Source of the DNA: Schmidtea polychroa
Taxonomy: Eukaryota
Direction of reading: 5' to 3'
DNA length: 64,000 nt
Assembly (NCBI GenBank): GCA_044892525.1
Contig: CM097885.1
Coordinates: 11,348,001-11,412,000, forward strand
This document shows, one piece after another, positions 20,753 through 35,249 of this stretch. The translations under genes and the position numbers were made by a program. The notes beneath the pieces were generated by a model. That model saw only the letters and a list, made by a program, of their open reading frames with translations. It made no database searches and had not been told where the DNA came from. How positions within the stretch are numbered: the stretch's first letter is position 1; the number at the start of each line of letters is the position of its first letter.

Positions 20753-23513
20753 ATAAGTAAATATTCATTCGGAATATTAATGTTCATCGCAGATACTTTA
20801 TCAGGCGGAAGATAAAAGTGAGTAAACAAAGTGATATCATGAGTCGGTCGGTGCGGTAGGAGATTTTAACTTTTTACCATGCTGTGAGTGAAATAAACCA
20901 ATAAGTTTATCAATAACAAAAAATTATTTTTTAAATCATAATATTAGTAATTATAATAACAAATAAATTACCTTGCAACTGGGAAATAAATTAGACAAAT
21001 ACTTTGCACGTAATCAATGGTTTATCAAAATAAAAGCCCCAGAAAATTCGAATCACAATTGCTTCCAAAATTCAATATGCGCCCTAGAAATATTTCAAAC
21101 CAACCAATTCCGTTATTGTATTGGGCTAATTTTTGTTCCCGGGTCGATAAAAAAAAAATTTGCGGTTGTGTCTGACAAGTAGAATGACTGACCAATCAGA
21201 CTGAAATACATTCACCATTGGGATGAATTTTGAAGAAAATTGACACACACCTACACGCAAGTGCACCCATTTAGAGATACACACAAAGAACCCCGATTAA
21301 TGTACAAATACCGTGAACTACTTAATCGTAAACACACACACAGACCATCAACTGCTCAACTCTGTTATTGACCACAATTGTATCCATTTTTTTGTAAACC
21401 TTATTCATCGTGAACAATAACAACAACCACAGTAAATATCATCACACTACTAACAATGTAGAATAAGGAATTTCTCAATAATATTTTTTTTTTCAATTGG
21501 GGTTGTAAATAACGTGGAATCCTAAAAAAAAACCATATAATATTTCGAAAAGGAAAAAATGATTCCAACAAAATATAATTTAATTTCAAAATTTTTTTGA
21601 AACAACTAAATAACTTTTTATGATTGCAAATTTTTTTTCTAATGAATTAATTATTCAAATCAAACTTTATTTTCATCTCAGAGAATTAAATTTTTTATGA
21701 GAATTTACGTGGATAATAAAATTAAAACAACTTTTGAATGTTAAATGAATATGTAGACCACATAATTTAGCTAATTGAATGTCCGCATGATAAATCAATG
21801 TCCTATAGTGTGTATTTTTATTATAGAACTGTGTTTGTATGTACCGATTGATTGTTTCGATCAATATCCTTCCTCTTCATTAACCATATTATAAGCAACA
21901 ATTTTAAAAAAAAAATTTAATATTCTGAGAAAGGTTTTAACTGCAATAACCTCCAATTCCAAAATAGTTAGCAAATGTTAAATTTTTAGTGTGCAAAATG
22001 GGATTATTTAGTTTGCATTTAATTGGGAGCCTAATTCTAATTGAATGTCTTTAATTTGGCCATTTTGCTTCAATTTCCACTTTTGTATAAAGAAATTATA
22101 TTAAATCAATTTCACCTTTAATACTTTTTCAGTGTTCTGTACCTCAGAATACTCAAATGAAATACTGTACGACACCATTTTTGAGTAATTCACATTTTGC
22201 AATTAAATAGTTTTATTTATTTTTAATTACCTCCTAATGAAGATTTTTTAAGTAAAATAATTTTCACTATGTTTTCAATTTTTTAAAATAATAATCTAAT
22301 TAAAATATTTAATATGAATTAATCATGAAACAATTTTTTAAAATAATAATCTAATTAAAATATTTAATATGAATTAATCATGAAACTTAAATTTTTGAAG
22401 AAGTTTATGTTTCACGTAGATCATCAATTCTTAACATTCCTCAATCATTGCTTCTAACTGCATAGCATTCTGGAACCATATATTCATATCTCTAATAAAT
22501 TCATCATTTATTCTGAGAAAGGTTTTAACTACAATAACCTTACCAGACTGTCTTTAGTCTACTCGACCATTTGAAAGATCCTGAAAATGTCTATTAATAT
22601 CAGATAATATCTTTAACTGTGTTTCTGATCAGAATTAAATAACAATACTGTCATGTCTGAGGGAAATATTCTTTATATTTCATGCCTTTAATCCTTTAAT
22701 CCTTCACAGTCGCTGATTGAACGCGAATAATTTGAAAATATATAAATAAAATTACGTTTTAATATATTTTATATCATTAATAAATTAATAGAGAGACAAT
22801 TAATGAGAAAAATCAGTTGTGATAAACTGATATAGTTTCAAAATTTCTCCAATAGCAGGAATTATCGAATCGACCAATCGAATTCGTTTCGGATGACAGA
22901 AATATATTCTCTGTGCTGCCTATAAACATACTTGAGCAAAATATTTATCAAAAATTGTATAGAAACTTTATAATTTAGATATTAAAGAAATTAATTAATT
23001 TTCGGCTAAACATCTAACATCTTATCAATATTTACTGTCGACAAACAAAGAGATTTTCAACCAGATTTATAATCTCTAGATCTTTATTTCTGATAAGAAT
23101 TATGAAAAACTTATAATTTTAAATTAAAAATAATGGCGATTTCAACACTGCCTAAATATATTTAAGTTATTATTACCGTTAAAGGAAATTGGCATTCGAT
23201 AACATGGTTTCAAAAAAAAAAGGGTTTCAATAGGCCAAGATTTCATTTAAATTCAGAATTTTATGAATATACTTTTTATATCAACCAATGAAAATCATTA
23301 CATTAAATCGTTTGATCAATAATTAATAAAAACCACGACCAATTTCATCATTTCTCATATTTTTGGGTTATTATTAATGAAATATCAAGGTTTTTATATC
23401 TTTCGACATTGGCGAAAACAATTGCTCATTGTAACATTATTTATGTATACTTGGTTAAAATTCAACAAAACTTTCCATTAAAACACAAATTTCGAGGACG
23501 AAAATATTTTTTT

Positions 23514-24584
23514 AAGGGGGGAGATATGTTGAGGTCTGTAAATTAAAATTAAAAATTTAAATAAAATTTAGAATAATAATTCAAATGGAAAGTAAGCGAG
23601 GAAAAAAGGCAAATAAAAGCGGGATCGTGCACAGAATCAATAGTAAAGGAAAGTGTGATGGAAACAGTATTAGAAAATGCCAAAAGCAATTACGAAAGGC
23701 GAGAATCCGGAAATCCGAGAAAAATCAATAAAGGGAAAAATCATCGAAATCGAATGGGAAAAACGGGACAGGTATAGATTAGCTAATGGTCAACAAGATG
23801 ATGGTTAGGGATTTATCAGAAAAGGGTTAGGAAGGGTCGAAAAACATTCAAATGTATGAAAACAGAAAACGTTAATTAATTAATTAATTGGCTAATGGAA
23901 AACCCGAGCTAATGGGAAACCCGAGCCAATGGAGAACCCGAGAGATAAAGGAAACCCGAGCTGGGTAAACAAGAAGAAAGGCAAACAAAAGGAAGATTTG
24001 GGCCCATTAGCTTGACACAATGATTAATGGGAAAAGAGTAAGGAGAAGATAGCGCGCGTAGGAAGACCGGTAGGGCCATTAATTATCTGGATTCGTTGGA
24101 CCATTATGGGTGACAGCCGAAGCAAACACATAGGAGAAAATGTCAAACGAAAGATTGGCTCGGCAATAACCATTTGTCATCCTGATTTCGAGGAGTATAT
24201 AAGCAAAGGGAAAATCAGAGAAAATCGGCATTCTGCCTCAGCTAGGGTTCGAAGAATTAGACTGTAGGAAAAGTGGTAAACGAATTAGGGAAGTAGGGAA
24301 AAGAAGAAATAGAATTAAGAATACGGAAAGGCAAAAAGGGATCAAACCAAAGAGAAACCGAGGAAAAAGAGAGTCGAGAGAACGAAAGGATCAAAAGGTG
24401 AATATTGTTTGTTGGCAAAGCATCAACGCCGAGCGGAGAATCGTATAAAACTTTGATTGGTAATTGTAGCGTGATAATAAATTGTGAACCTGTTGTTTCA
24501 ATATACGTTGGGTCGTTCATTGTTTTAATTTAAAGAACACCAGGAGTCAGAGAGAACCGACTTGAAATAATCCAAAACCCAACA
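23514..24584 (+). mobile_element. Polypurine tract (23514-23526) and LTR (23527-24584)
   Basis: AAGGGGGGAGATA followed by TGTTGAGG...AACCCAACA (TG..CA with TGTTG/CAACA inverted ends). Internal TATATAA at about 24196 and AATAAA at about 24476. Confidence 0.88.
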
Positions 24585-25561
24585 ACTTCATTAAAATTTG
24601 ACTTCACATTAGGAAATGCTCTCCGAAAATTTGTTCCTCTATTATCTCTTTGCCAATCTGGACTCAATCTCCTGGGTACTCTTTCAGAATAATTTTTAAA
24701 CCAACACTGATTTGTATAATGGCCAGTTTTCTTACAAATATCACACTGAATAACTTTATCTCTCTCAGTGCCGGGCGAATTTTGGCTTGCTCTGTTCATA
24801 TTATTATTATCGTTTCTCCATTTGGGTGATGGGCTCTTTGATCGTTGAAATCTATTTCCTGATTCCCAATTGTCTTGGGTTGGGGTTACTGATCCCTCTC
24901 TTTGTACTGGAATTATTGCAAATACCTCAGATTTACTTTTAGAGCTCTTTAGATTCAATTCGATTTTCATTGCCTTTTTAACTAGTTCATCGAAATTGTC
25001 ATACTCTACAAAACATAATGCTGTTTTTATTCCTTTATTTACTCCGGACAAAAATTGATCTTGAATCAGTTCCTGCATCTGCTGGGCTAATCCTGGTTGT
25101 TTCGAATCTTCTTCAAAGGATTTGCTGGCAAGAGTCGATAAATGATATGCAAATTCGCTCACTGTTTCATTTGGATTTTGAACTCTATTATAAAATTTCT
25201 GACGCATTAATCTCTTTATATCTCCTCCAATAAGTTTAGCAGCCAAAACATTTTTTAATTTAGCCCAATCATTGCCGATTGTTTTCCTGTCGATTTGTTG
25301 CCAAACCTCTCTAGCAGCTCCTTTAAGATATAAGGGTAATCTTTGAATCATGATTGCTTGAGACCATCCATAAGCCGTTGCATACATATAGTAATCGCTC
25401 ATAAAATCAACAAATATAATTGGATCTCCTCCATATTGCTCTACTGGCAATCTTTGAGAACTGGCAAAATCATTATTTTCTTTAATAACTGAAACTGGTA
25501 AATCTTCACTGCTCATAATGGCTTCCTTTTTACTCTGGCTTCGTAAATAATATCGGTTCAC
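24585..25561 (-). pseudogene. gag: Truncated gag of a second, related Gypsy family
   Basis: Clearly homologous to gag at 8973 (QYGGDP..F.DFM.DYYMYA.AYGW.QAIM.QR.PLYLKGAARE.WQQ). One CCHC knuckle; cut by the LTR ending at 24584. Confidence 0.92.
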
Positions 25562-25702
25562 TTTAATAAATTATTTCGTTTTCAATTTGCACAAAATCTA
25601 AATCTCAATTTATTATTACAATAAATAATTTACCTTATCACAATCACTTTAATAATTTCAATTAAACACACTTTATTTTAACAATCTTTTCACCAACTTT
25701 TG

Positions 25703-25720
25703 ATCACGTCGGGCTCACCA
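25703..25720 (-). promoter_or_regulatory. Primer binding site, tRNA-Trp type
   Basis: TGGTGAGCCCGACGTGAT lies 5 nt inside the LTR end and is near-complementary to the tRNA-Trp 3' end (ATCACGTCGGGGTCACCA). Confidence 0.8.
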
Positions 25721-25725
25721 AAATA

Positions 25726-26730
25726 TGTTGGGTTATCGAGTTGGTGATAAAATTTAATGTTACTCTGACTCCAAGCGTGTCTTTATATAATTCACAAATA
25801 ACACTTGACAACAGAAATCTTTATTGATAATCACAAATAAACTTTCACTTGACACTGACGATAAATTCAACACTCTACTTGGTGACTATACAATGCTTAT
25901 TACAACACTCGGTGAGGAATAGCACTTGTGTATAACACCGGATTAAAAGATCACAAATTACTGATTGGTTTCTAAACTGGGATTTTGAGCTGGTTGTCTT
26001 CTTTGACTTTCTTTCAAACTTTATTCAAATAATCAATAACTTCTTTTCGTTTTGTTATTCAGCCAATCCTCCTCTTCAACTCTTCTCCAATAATTATTTT
26101 CCACAATTATTTCCTTTACAATTACTTTGACAATCGTTTGTCCAACAAAGTTTCGTCCAACGTTTAATTTTCCTCAATAATTCTATTTCTCAAATCGTCT
26201 CTCAAATTGTATCTCAAATCGTCTTCCAAATCGTCTCTCAAATCGTTTCTCCCTTTGTTCCTTTTGTTTCCCTTTGGTTCTAATTTCATGTTCACCTGTT
26301 TTCCTTTATATAATTTGCTTCTCTTGTGGCACTCCAGATAATCGAGTGTTTTTCCACTTTCCATCTCCTGCTTTTCCCGACTGTCCCATTTTTATCTCTG
26401 ACAGCTGTCAAGTTGTTTTTCCCTTTTTCCTTTCTTGTTTGGCCGCCTTCTCCCATCAATTCTATTATCACTCGCAAGCTGTCGAGATAAGGATATTGTT
26501 GTTTTCCTTTTTTCCCTGATTTCAAAATTCCTTTTTCCTTTTTGTACTAATTAATTAGTACTGATCTTCATTTTTATTTTCCTGTTTGATAACTTTTATT
26601 TCCTTTCTATTTCTCATTTTTGATTTCTTTTCACTTCCGTTTTCTTTTCTGAGTCCCGTTTGTCATGGCGATCTTCCCCCAGGTAATTTTATTTATTTCT
26701 TTATGAATTATTATTTAGGTATCCTCAATA
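25726..26730 (-). mobile_element. 5' LTR of the second Gypsy element (about 1 kb)
   Basis: On the minus strand it starts TATTGAGG (compare TGTTGAGG) and ends AACCCAACA like the other LTR, followed by PBS and gag. Confidence 0.8.
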
Positions 26731-27810
26731 AAATTGTCTGAGAATATTCAGTATACAGATTGCTGGGCAACGACACCACATAGATAAGATTGACAGCGAT
26801 TATCAAGAGCAAACTCTGGTCAGAAGAAATATAATCACTAAATTAAAGTTCCAACCGATAAAGTTGTGAATAAATCCGACAATTTAGAGAAATCGATTTT
26901 CATAAGTCCAAACAAAATTAATTTTTATCTTTCAACAGAATCTGTTATTAATGCCACGCACAATGTCTAACAAACGCAGCAATACACACAGACAAGTCTG
27001 CCCGTTCTAGGATAGTGTGTAGGTCGACATCGCCATCACATCGAAGTGTAGTATAATAGGTCTAGATTTTGTGCATGAATGAGATAACGACGTCGCGACA
27101 ATTCAGACGATAAAAATTCTCTTCGTTGTTTAACATTGAGTAGCAGTAATGAATGACTCCCAATAATAAATGCCGGCAACAATCGCATCTCAATGAAACC
27201 TCATAAATCACCACTTGCATGCACAGGATAGGAAATGAAGCTATGACATAACAGAACAGTGAGGTTCTCCATGACGACACCTACGTCGCAAATTCAAATA
27301 ACTCTACAAAAATCTGATAACAATAATTAAAATTTATAACTTTTCTAATATATCTATTTCTTTGCACTATAAGGTTGAGACAATCAAAAGAATTTCATTC
27401 ATTTCCTGTGGCATACAAAATGAACAACTCTCAATAGGTCATAACATCAAATGAACCTAATGCAGCTAATGATTAACAGTAATAAAAAATTTATAAAAGT
27501 AAAAAACCTACACTTCCCGAAGTTGGTAATAAATTAAATAAAAATTGTCAACCCTAAAACTTGTAGGACATTGGTAATATAGTAAATGGATTTTTGACAA
27601 TCCCCGTTTTCTCTTAATTTGAATGAATTGAGTCGATAGAACATGAGTGTTTGGGGTGAATAATGGTTTTAAATGTTCGCGAGTGGTCAGAGATCCGCTG
27701 AGGATCTCCGAGTGAAACGCATGAGGATATTACATCAACCACATGATAAACTTGTAAATGATACACCAATGATCACTTCTAACCATGATAGCAAACTTCT
27801 TTAACTTTAG

Positions 27811-28573
27811 ATGACCACACCGATCAAATCCGGAAAAGATCTTCGTCCGTGTTTCTCCTGTTCGGACAAGAACGAGGATATTAAGAAACTACACGTCTAT
27901 ATCGGGGCCTTGAAGAAACGTATTGATTTATACGAGGGCACGTGGTTCTCCCCGCTACAAATGAAGGAGGAGCGTAGGAAAATCTTGAGATTGGAGCACT
28001 GTCGTGACAGTCTCCTGGAAGAAAGTAGGTGCCAGAGGCTCACGATAAAAGCCCAATCAGAGGCCCTGTATAAAATCTATACGGACGTCGAGATTGCTAA
28101 GAGGGTCCGAGAATATCCAGTTCAAGACGGGACAAATGTGTTCCCAATCCAACACCAGGCATCCGAGGTCCCACTGACCACCCGCTGCAAAGGGCATGGC
28201 TTACAATTGTCATCCATCCTCGCTCCAGCTCTCTCCAGTTCTAGGCCCGCGACAAAGGGTCCATCGGACGCCATCTTGGCTCCGATTCTTCAGCCTCACC
28301 AGATGCAACCAACAGTTGAAACCAAAACGCCAAATCGGAAACGTAAGCGGCCGACGCGCGCTGAATAAAAAACAAAAGCGCAGGGACGCCATCGCCGCGC
28401 TAGAGGCTTCGCTATCGGTGGCCCAATCCACCATCAAGGAAATCTCCAATTCCCATTCAATTCCAAACCAAGAAATATTCCGGGTAGTTCCGGCCGATGG
28501 TATCAAGTTCATTGCAGATCGCCGGTTACCCGTGGATATAGATGAAATGTTAGCCGAAGGAGAAATTTTCTGA
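27811..28573 (+). CDS. Two overlapping ORFs of unknown function (CxxC plus coiled coil; basic tail), probably a mobile-element accessory gene
   Basis: GC-richer island with acceptor-like ttaactttag before the ATG, CFSC plus heptads and NLS-like RKRKR. Confidence 0.4.
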
Positions 28574-29530
28574 TGATCCAACATAACGTCAACGTCAAGT
28601 TTAATTCACTCTAATGGACTTAACTTTGATCCTTGCCTGCTGACAAATTCATCTATGCATTTTATTTTGTTAATTAGATATCGGTGTAATACGTTTTTTG
28701 GTGTAATCAATGTGTGTGGTGGAATTAATATAAATTTTCTTGGCATTTGATGAGTTATTTATGAGATTGTTGTACAAATTGTATGGCTTGATTGCTAAAT
28801 CGAATGTAAGTCATCGGATGAAGGTCGTCCCCTTGGACCAGGGTCGGACCGAGTAATGTGTGAGAGTGTGGGTAAGGCCTTCTATGGCACCTTGGAACCC
28901 GAACCGAGAAGGGGTTAACAGTAGTCCTAAGGCAGGGGCTCACCTGTTAATCAACTCCAACCCATGTGAGCATCACCAACGTGTAAGACCTCCACGGGCT
29001 CACATGAGGGAATATCAGTAAAGTCATTATGGGTATGCTGGGGAAGGGCCAGAGCCGAATGAAGCTGAATATATGACTTATGATAACCCTTTCCGTTCTC
29101 CCCACATACGCCAACATATAATTAATTTTCCCCAAAAAATATAGGGCCCCTAATATATTTTTTGCACACGGCCCTAAAAATGTTAGTTACGGCACTGAAT
29201 ACTGTCTTTATGATTGAGCTATATTATTTTACTAAACGCCATTACTCTCAGTTTTTGACAGAAAGATTTGTTGTTGTAACCGATTTAAACGATATATTAA
29301 CGTTTACACATTTCTGCGGTATTTAAATAATATAAGTAATAATCATACGTACTCCTTGCGTTATATTGATATATAAATAATATTGTATAATATATAAATA
29401 ATATACGATAAATATTTAAATACAAAATACTATAATTAATTTTTAAATGTAAGTAATTTAAATTTATTTTTGATTTCTAAAATTTGGTAATTAATACATA
29501 ATTATTATTATATTTAGTGAAATCCTCGTC

Positions 29531-29995
29531 ATGAACGTTGATGAAATTAATAAAAAATTGAAAACAGAACAATATATTTTAACTGACAAGAAGAAGGCGA
29601 AGAGTGATCTCTGGAGAAATTTCAAAGAGATCGTTGATAAATCGAATTATAAAGACATTGGTTATGTACTATGTATTAAGTGTGAAACAATTTTTAGTTA
29701 TTGTGCCAAATTTAAAGCTACATTCTTATAAAAAATAGGCAATTACAAGTAGCTCAACATCATCCAAAACCAGCATGGATATCGGCAAATTTTTTCACTC
29801 ACAGCCTAAAACATTGCAAAAGATCAAAGACCGACTTACAAAATCGTGTAGTAGAGATGTTCGTCCATTTGACATCGTAAGTGGCAGCGGTTTTATAAAT
29901 TATTCACAGGAATTGATTCGAATTAGAGCTCAAAATGGCAACTTGCATATTAAAGATATATTGCCACACGCTACGACTGTTTCTCGTAATACCCA
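29531..29995 (+). pseudogene. hAT (hobo/Hermes-like) transposase 5' fragment
   Basis: BED finger KSDLWRNF...VLCIKC and D.RPFDIVSGSGF...DILPHATTVSRN; frameshifted. Confidence 0.8.
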
Positions 29996-31179
29996 CAACG
30001 AAGATCAGCGGCACTCAAAAAAGGTAACAATAACGTTTCCCATCTATACGAAACAGGAAACCTCAAGAAAATTCAAGCAACAAAATTTATTAACAAATTA
30101 AATAATAAAATCAATTCTATTAAAAGTCAGAATAAAAAGAAAATATGGCTCTCCAAAAAGAATCTGGTGAGAGAAACTGGAAGGACGTTCTCACAAACCG
30201 ACTTCAATAATATAAAACGGTTTTCATGATAACCGCCTTATATAATGACGACACCCCAGAAAACAATGCCAGATTCTTTTATATGACAGAGACAATATTA
30301 AAACAGTCCTCGTCATCATTGAGTGACCTCGAATGGAAGACCATATTAGAACAATTCTTAGTCCCAGAAGAATGGCTAAAAATTAAAAGCCAATCCATAA
30401 TTTCCGGAACTGAGTAAAGAAGATGGTGATCTCATTACCATTATAATAGCAGCTTTGAGATTTTACCAGTTCATTTCCCATATCAACCAAACTAATTCCA
30501 TTAAATATTTCCAATTCGGGATAATGAGAACTATTATTGGAGTCCCTTGTTCTTTCAGATTAAGAAAACAAATTCCATACTTAAGAAAAACAGTGGTTAT
30601 TCAGAACTCAGATGATCATATACATGAGGAGTCACAGATCCCAGGAGTAGAAATTATGGAGACAACTACAGATGAACTAGAGAATCCCCCCAGCGACCAA
30701 AACACAGATAATGAAATACAACAGACAGAGCCGGAAAAGATAAAAACTACAGCGGTCGAAACTCACTACTCCCCACAACAAAGCGAGACAACCGAGACTA
30801 ACAAAACTCCACGAGAAGCCGAGATCAGTGTTGAGATTATTTCTGGAACCAAAGAAAATTGTCAACCTAAACACATGATGCTGCGGAGAGAAAAAAACAA
30901 AAACAGTTGACTAGAGGAGGAGCTGTTGAGAAAGATAAGACCACAAAATCTTCCTACGAAGGTGTTATCACAATAATGACCTGGAAATTAACTGTAACAC
31001 AGGAAGATCCAGAAGGTGAAGAAGCATGGATAAAAGGAGGAAAGAATATTTAAGTGCGTCCAGTGCACGAATCCAATCAATCATAAAGAAATTGCGGCTC
31101 ACATTAGCAGTCACAAAGATAAAATTATCAAGGAGAGAAAGGAAAGCAATATCGTCAACATACCTAATGAAGAGGATAT

Positions 31180-31620
31180 CCCAACTGATAAAAACTGATT
31201 GTCTCTTCCTGTAATAGAATCATATACGAGATTCATCTCAAGTAGCCCAATAGCACATGGGACTAATGTATGCTACATAAACCCCTCTTGTGCTGGCTAC
31301 TTAATAGATGATAACAAATCTGCTCTCTATACAAATATTCACATGAAGACTATTGTAGGATGGGATTGGGTTATATGGCTGATTCATTGTAACTTAGGAC
31401 ACTGGACAACCAGATACCAGAGGCCCGAAAAATTCCGATAAAGAGCAGGATGGACAATTTACATATAATGACGACTCAAGAAGAATCCACCTTCAATCAA
31501 CTATCAACATGCGAATATCCCAAACAGGACAACAACTACGACTATGGGATATTAGCAAACCTTGCATTTAAACCAGAATTGGATGACAGAACAATATTAT
31601 CATCAACAGCCAAAATAAAT
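31180..31620 (+). pseudogene. Ulp1/C48-like protease remnant, probably from a mobile element
   Basis: LSLPVIESY...INPS...WLIHCNLGHWT and, in another frame, PKQDNNYDYG (compare PQQxNxxDCG). Confidence 0.45.
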
Positions 31621-32239
31621 TAAATATTTGAAAAAATAATAATTTTTTTTCAAAGTTTTTCTGTGCCCCTATATTGTATATTATATAAATTAATTTGTTA
31701 ATATGAGTTAAAGTAATACTTTCGGAAGTAAAGTTCTAATTTTCCCTCCTTATATATCTAAATAATCTAAATTACTTTTAATCATCTAGAACAGTGTTTC
31801 CTCACTGTGGGGATCACGCCTCAGAGATAGGGCACCGAGCTTCAGAGTTTGGACACGTCAACAATTATCAAATATTCCAAATATAATATGCTCAGTTACA
31901 ACTAAATATAACAACATTAAGTGGAATGGCATAGGTTTGCAGGCGAACATTTTCGATTTGTCAATTAGTTTTTTCTCACGAGTCGGTTTTAGTGACGTGG
32001 CACTGATTCATTTGAGCACACTCCGTGTGTGTTTGTTGCTTGTGTGGACACATGTCAATTCTGACGTGGCACCACACCCGAAATCCCTGCATAATTGGAG
32101 TGTGCATTGTACTATACAAGTATTAGGATGTGAGCAAACGAGGGGGAGGGTGTGATATTATTTTATTTACATCATACTACCACTAAAATAGACTAAGGAC
32201 CAACGACCATGGACAGCAACAGCTACTACTACTACTAGC

Positions 32240-34676
32240 ATGATTTCTATGTATTACAAATGGAAGATTTCCTTCATTTTTTTAATTTTCACATCTTTTT
32301 GCATACCATCTATTAAAAATGACCAATAGATGCAATTTTTGTATTGTTAATTGAAGGGTATAACATGAAATAACTTTGGAATTGCCTTCTGATTGGTATG
32401 GTGTTACTGAAGATGAGTATGGTAAGGCTCAACTAATTTCACTTTAGCAAAACTGTAATAATTTGTTAGACTATATTTTAACATACCTCAAATTAGACGT
32501 AATTCTCCTTGCGGATTATTTTCAGCAATTCAGTAAAAGGCATATAATGGTCTTGAGCCTCTAAATTTCTATGACATTCCCGGTATGTCATGGGCCTCTG
32601 TGTTTATGACATTAACGGAACCTATAGAACTGTTGCAATACATGGAAATACATAATTTCTATGAGGAAGGAATACGAACAGGGCCGGATTATGGTCTAGA
32701 CAAACAAAACAAATGTCTAGGGCCCGGCCGACAGTCGGTTAACATTAAGAAATAATAAATAGAAAATACGCGCGGTCTGATATTCCTGCCGAACGCTGGT
32801 AGTTTAAAATAATTAAATAAGTATTATGTAATATTCCCCATGAAAATCGCTAAAGAATTAATTATAAAAGAAAAAAATTATTAAATATTGAAGATATCAT
32901 ATCTATCGAATCGACTTGCATGGATGTCATGGAAGTTTTTTTAAATGGCTAAGGAAGTTAGATATGAAAATGGTCGGGTAGGGAAATTTTATTAACACTT
33001 GATAATGCGCAGTCCATCCTTCCGTTAATGATTTTAAAGCTTTTATTCTTTCCACCAAATTGCACTTCAAAAATTCAGCCACTTAACCAAGGAATAATAA
33101 AATCCCTTAAAGGACTATAAAGAAAAAAAATTGAATCGAAAATTTTGTTTTGAACTAGATAATAATCAAAACTTTATTTATACTGATCTTATAAAAGAAA
33201 TCAAATTGAAGGATCCCTTAATGTTAGTTCTCGAAGCTTGGGGTGAGGTAACAACGGAGACAGCAGTGAATTGTTTTCATAAAACCATAAATAATTCTAA
33301 ACTCGATACCAATGACCTGTTTAATTTAGAAGAGCCGGAGTAGGGATTGCGATATCGATAACCCGATTAATCGGACAAAAATATCATTTTAAAATTATCG
33401 ATAAATTCTCTAAATATTATCGATAATTCGATAAATAAACCAACACACATTTTTCAATTTCTGAAAAGTTTTTCAAACTTTTGGATAGTTTAATTATTCA
33501 ACTAATTAATTTAATTTGTTTTTACACTTAAACTGTTTAAATTGTTTGTTTGTAAAATTGTTAAATTTGAACTTCTACATTTTTGGTAAATTTTTTTAAA
33601 GGAAACGAGTTTTATTTTAATTTAATATATATTATACGTGTTGATATTTTGCGAATGAATCCAAAGGATCAAATAGAAAATATTGCTAAAATGATATATA
33701 ATAAACTAAAGATGGATGCTATGCCGTGGATAAAGTTAAAGGGAGGATGGAAAATACTGTATGATGAGAGCTTAGTTGAGAGTGCTAAAGAAAGCATAAA
33801 AGATAATACTACTGCGGAAGTAGATGATACCGAAGAGACAGCAAAATTCTAGTTAATAAAATAGCGATGAAACCAAGTTAAAAAGAGACAAATATTTGGA
33901 TATTGTTTGTATCGTCTTTCTCATTCTCGATAGTCAAAATAATAATTGATTACAATTGATCAAGTTATTATTATTATTTCAACTATCTTAATTATTTTTT
34001 AATTATTCTGTATCGACTAACAACTTTGGATGCTCCTTTAATTGGTGATCTCAGATATAATATAACATAATAAATACACTATGAAATATATCCAGATTTA
34101 TAAGGCATTCCTTCTCTAACTCATTAATAAAGTATCATTTACACTTTTAAGTCCAATCTTTCATTAATACTACAAATGTAGAATATATTCGGCAACCAAA
34201 AGTAATTGTAATACCTTGTATGTCTTACTAATCCGGACTAATAAACCAAGTGTTCGCTATTAAAAAAATTGAAATACCAACGTTATAACAAAGTTGATGT
34301 TATGCTGCCGAATGAGTCTGACATACGAGGTATTATATTTTATTTCAATAATTTCCTGATGATATTATATTTTATTACTATATATAAATATAATGCCGGC
34401 TTCCCACTAAGAATTTCAGAAATTTGGAAAAATGTACACTTTTGTTGTGAACATTGGATCTGAATCCAATTGTATAAACTATACATGAAAGTTGAATCTT
34501 TTTTCTTGGTATTTCAATAAATAAAATAATTGGGACCAAATAATGATACCCATTAACATATTTTTAACACTATATTATTTGCTTTTCGATTTTTATTATT
34601 ATTATTATTTAAAACAATAAAGTGATAATTTAAACCTTATTATTATTATTTTTTTAATATTATTTATTATTATTAT
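32240..34676 (+). repeat. About 2.44 kb segmental duplication, copy 1 (copy 2 at 36296-38733)
   Basis: Near-identical sequence at an offset of about 4057; three ORF-track peptides are identical in both copies. Confidence 0.97.
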
Positions 34677-34713
34677 TATTATTTTTATTTTATAATATTA
34701 TTATTATTTATTA

Positions 34714-34759
<46 letters not shown>

Positions 34760-34776
34760 TATTATTTCATTAATAG

Positions 34777-35249
34777 CCACTGACAAAAGCTTTGCGGAAA
34801 AATTATTAAAAACTCAAGAAAAGCACCCAAAACTCACAAAGGATGAATTCCGTTCCAATGTCGACTTCTCTGTCGTACTTTATGCCGGTCGCGTAGATTA
34901 CGTGGCAGATAAATGGTTAGAGAAAAACATGGACCCATTGAATGAGAATGTAGTTCAATTGCTACAAAAATCAAACGTGCCTTTTTTCCAGGTAGCTTTA
35001 CTCCTAAATGCTTTTTTAAGGTTTATTCTTGGAATTATTTTTCATTAGTGCGTTTGGAAAGACGTTGAAAACTTTGTTATTTTATCAGCGACTGCTAATC
35101 AAGAAACTCAGTTTGGATCTAGAACTCGCAAGGGAATGATGAGAACCGTCAGTCAACTTCATAAATAATCTTTGGTCAAATTATTGAATGTCCTGAACAA
35201 TACAAATCCACATTTTGTGCGTTGTATAATTCCTAATCACGAGAAAAGG
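34777..35249 (+). pseudogene. Two-exon fragment of a non-muscle myosin II heavy chain motor domain
   Basis: TDKSFAEKL...FSVVLYAGRVDY..DKWLEKNMDPLNENVVQLL, intron 34992-35048, then RKGMMRTVSQLHK*SL..L...[16 protein letters not shown], with an in-frame stop. Confidence 0.88.

Larger units (their letters stand above)
8707..24584 (+). mobile_element. Large Ty3/Gypsy-type LTR retroelement carrying env; 5' LTR missing; assignment of the 3' LTR is tentative
   Basis: gag-...-PR-RT-RH-IN order, a long 3' region with accessory ORFs, and a PPT plus LTR at 23514-24584. The stretch 20900-23450 could be unrelated sequence. Confidence 0.7.

Noticed and set aside
22272..22386. ~55 bp tandem duplication
   Set aside because: An ordinary AT-rich slippage duplication with no further structure.
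26740..27310. Possible host exon on the minus strand
   Set aside because: Stops occur in all frames and I recognise no motif.
34777..35249. Functional myosin gene
   Set aside because: Only two exons, an in-frame stop, and flanked by TE fragments.
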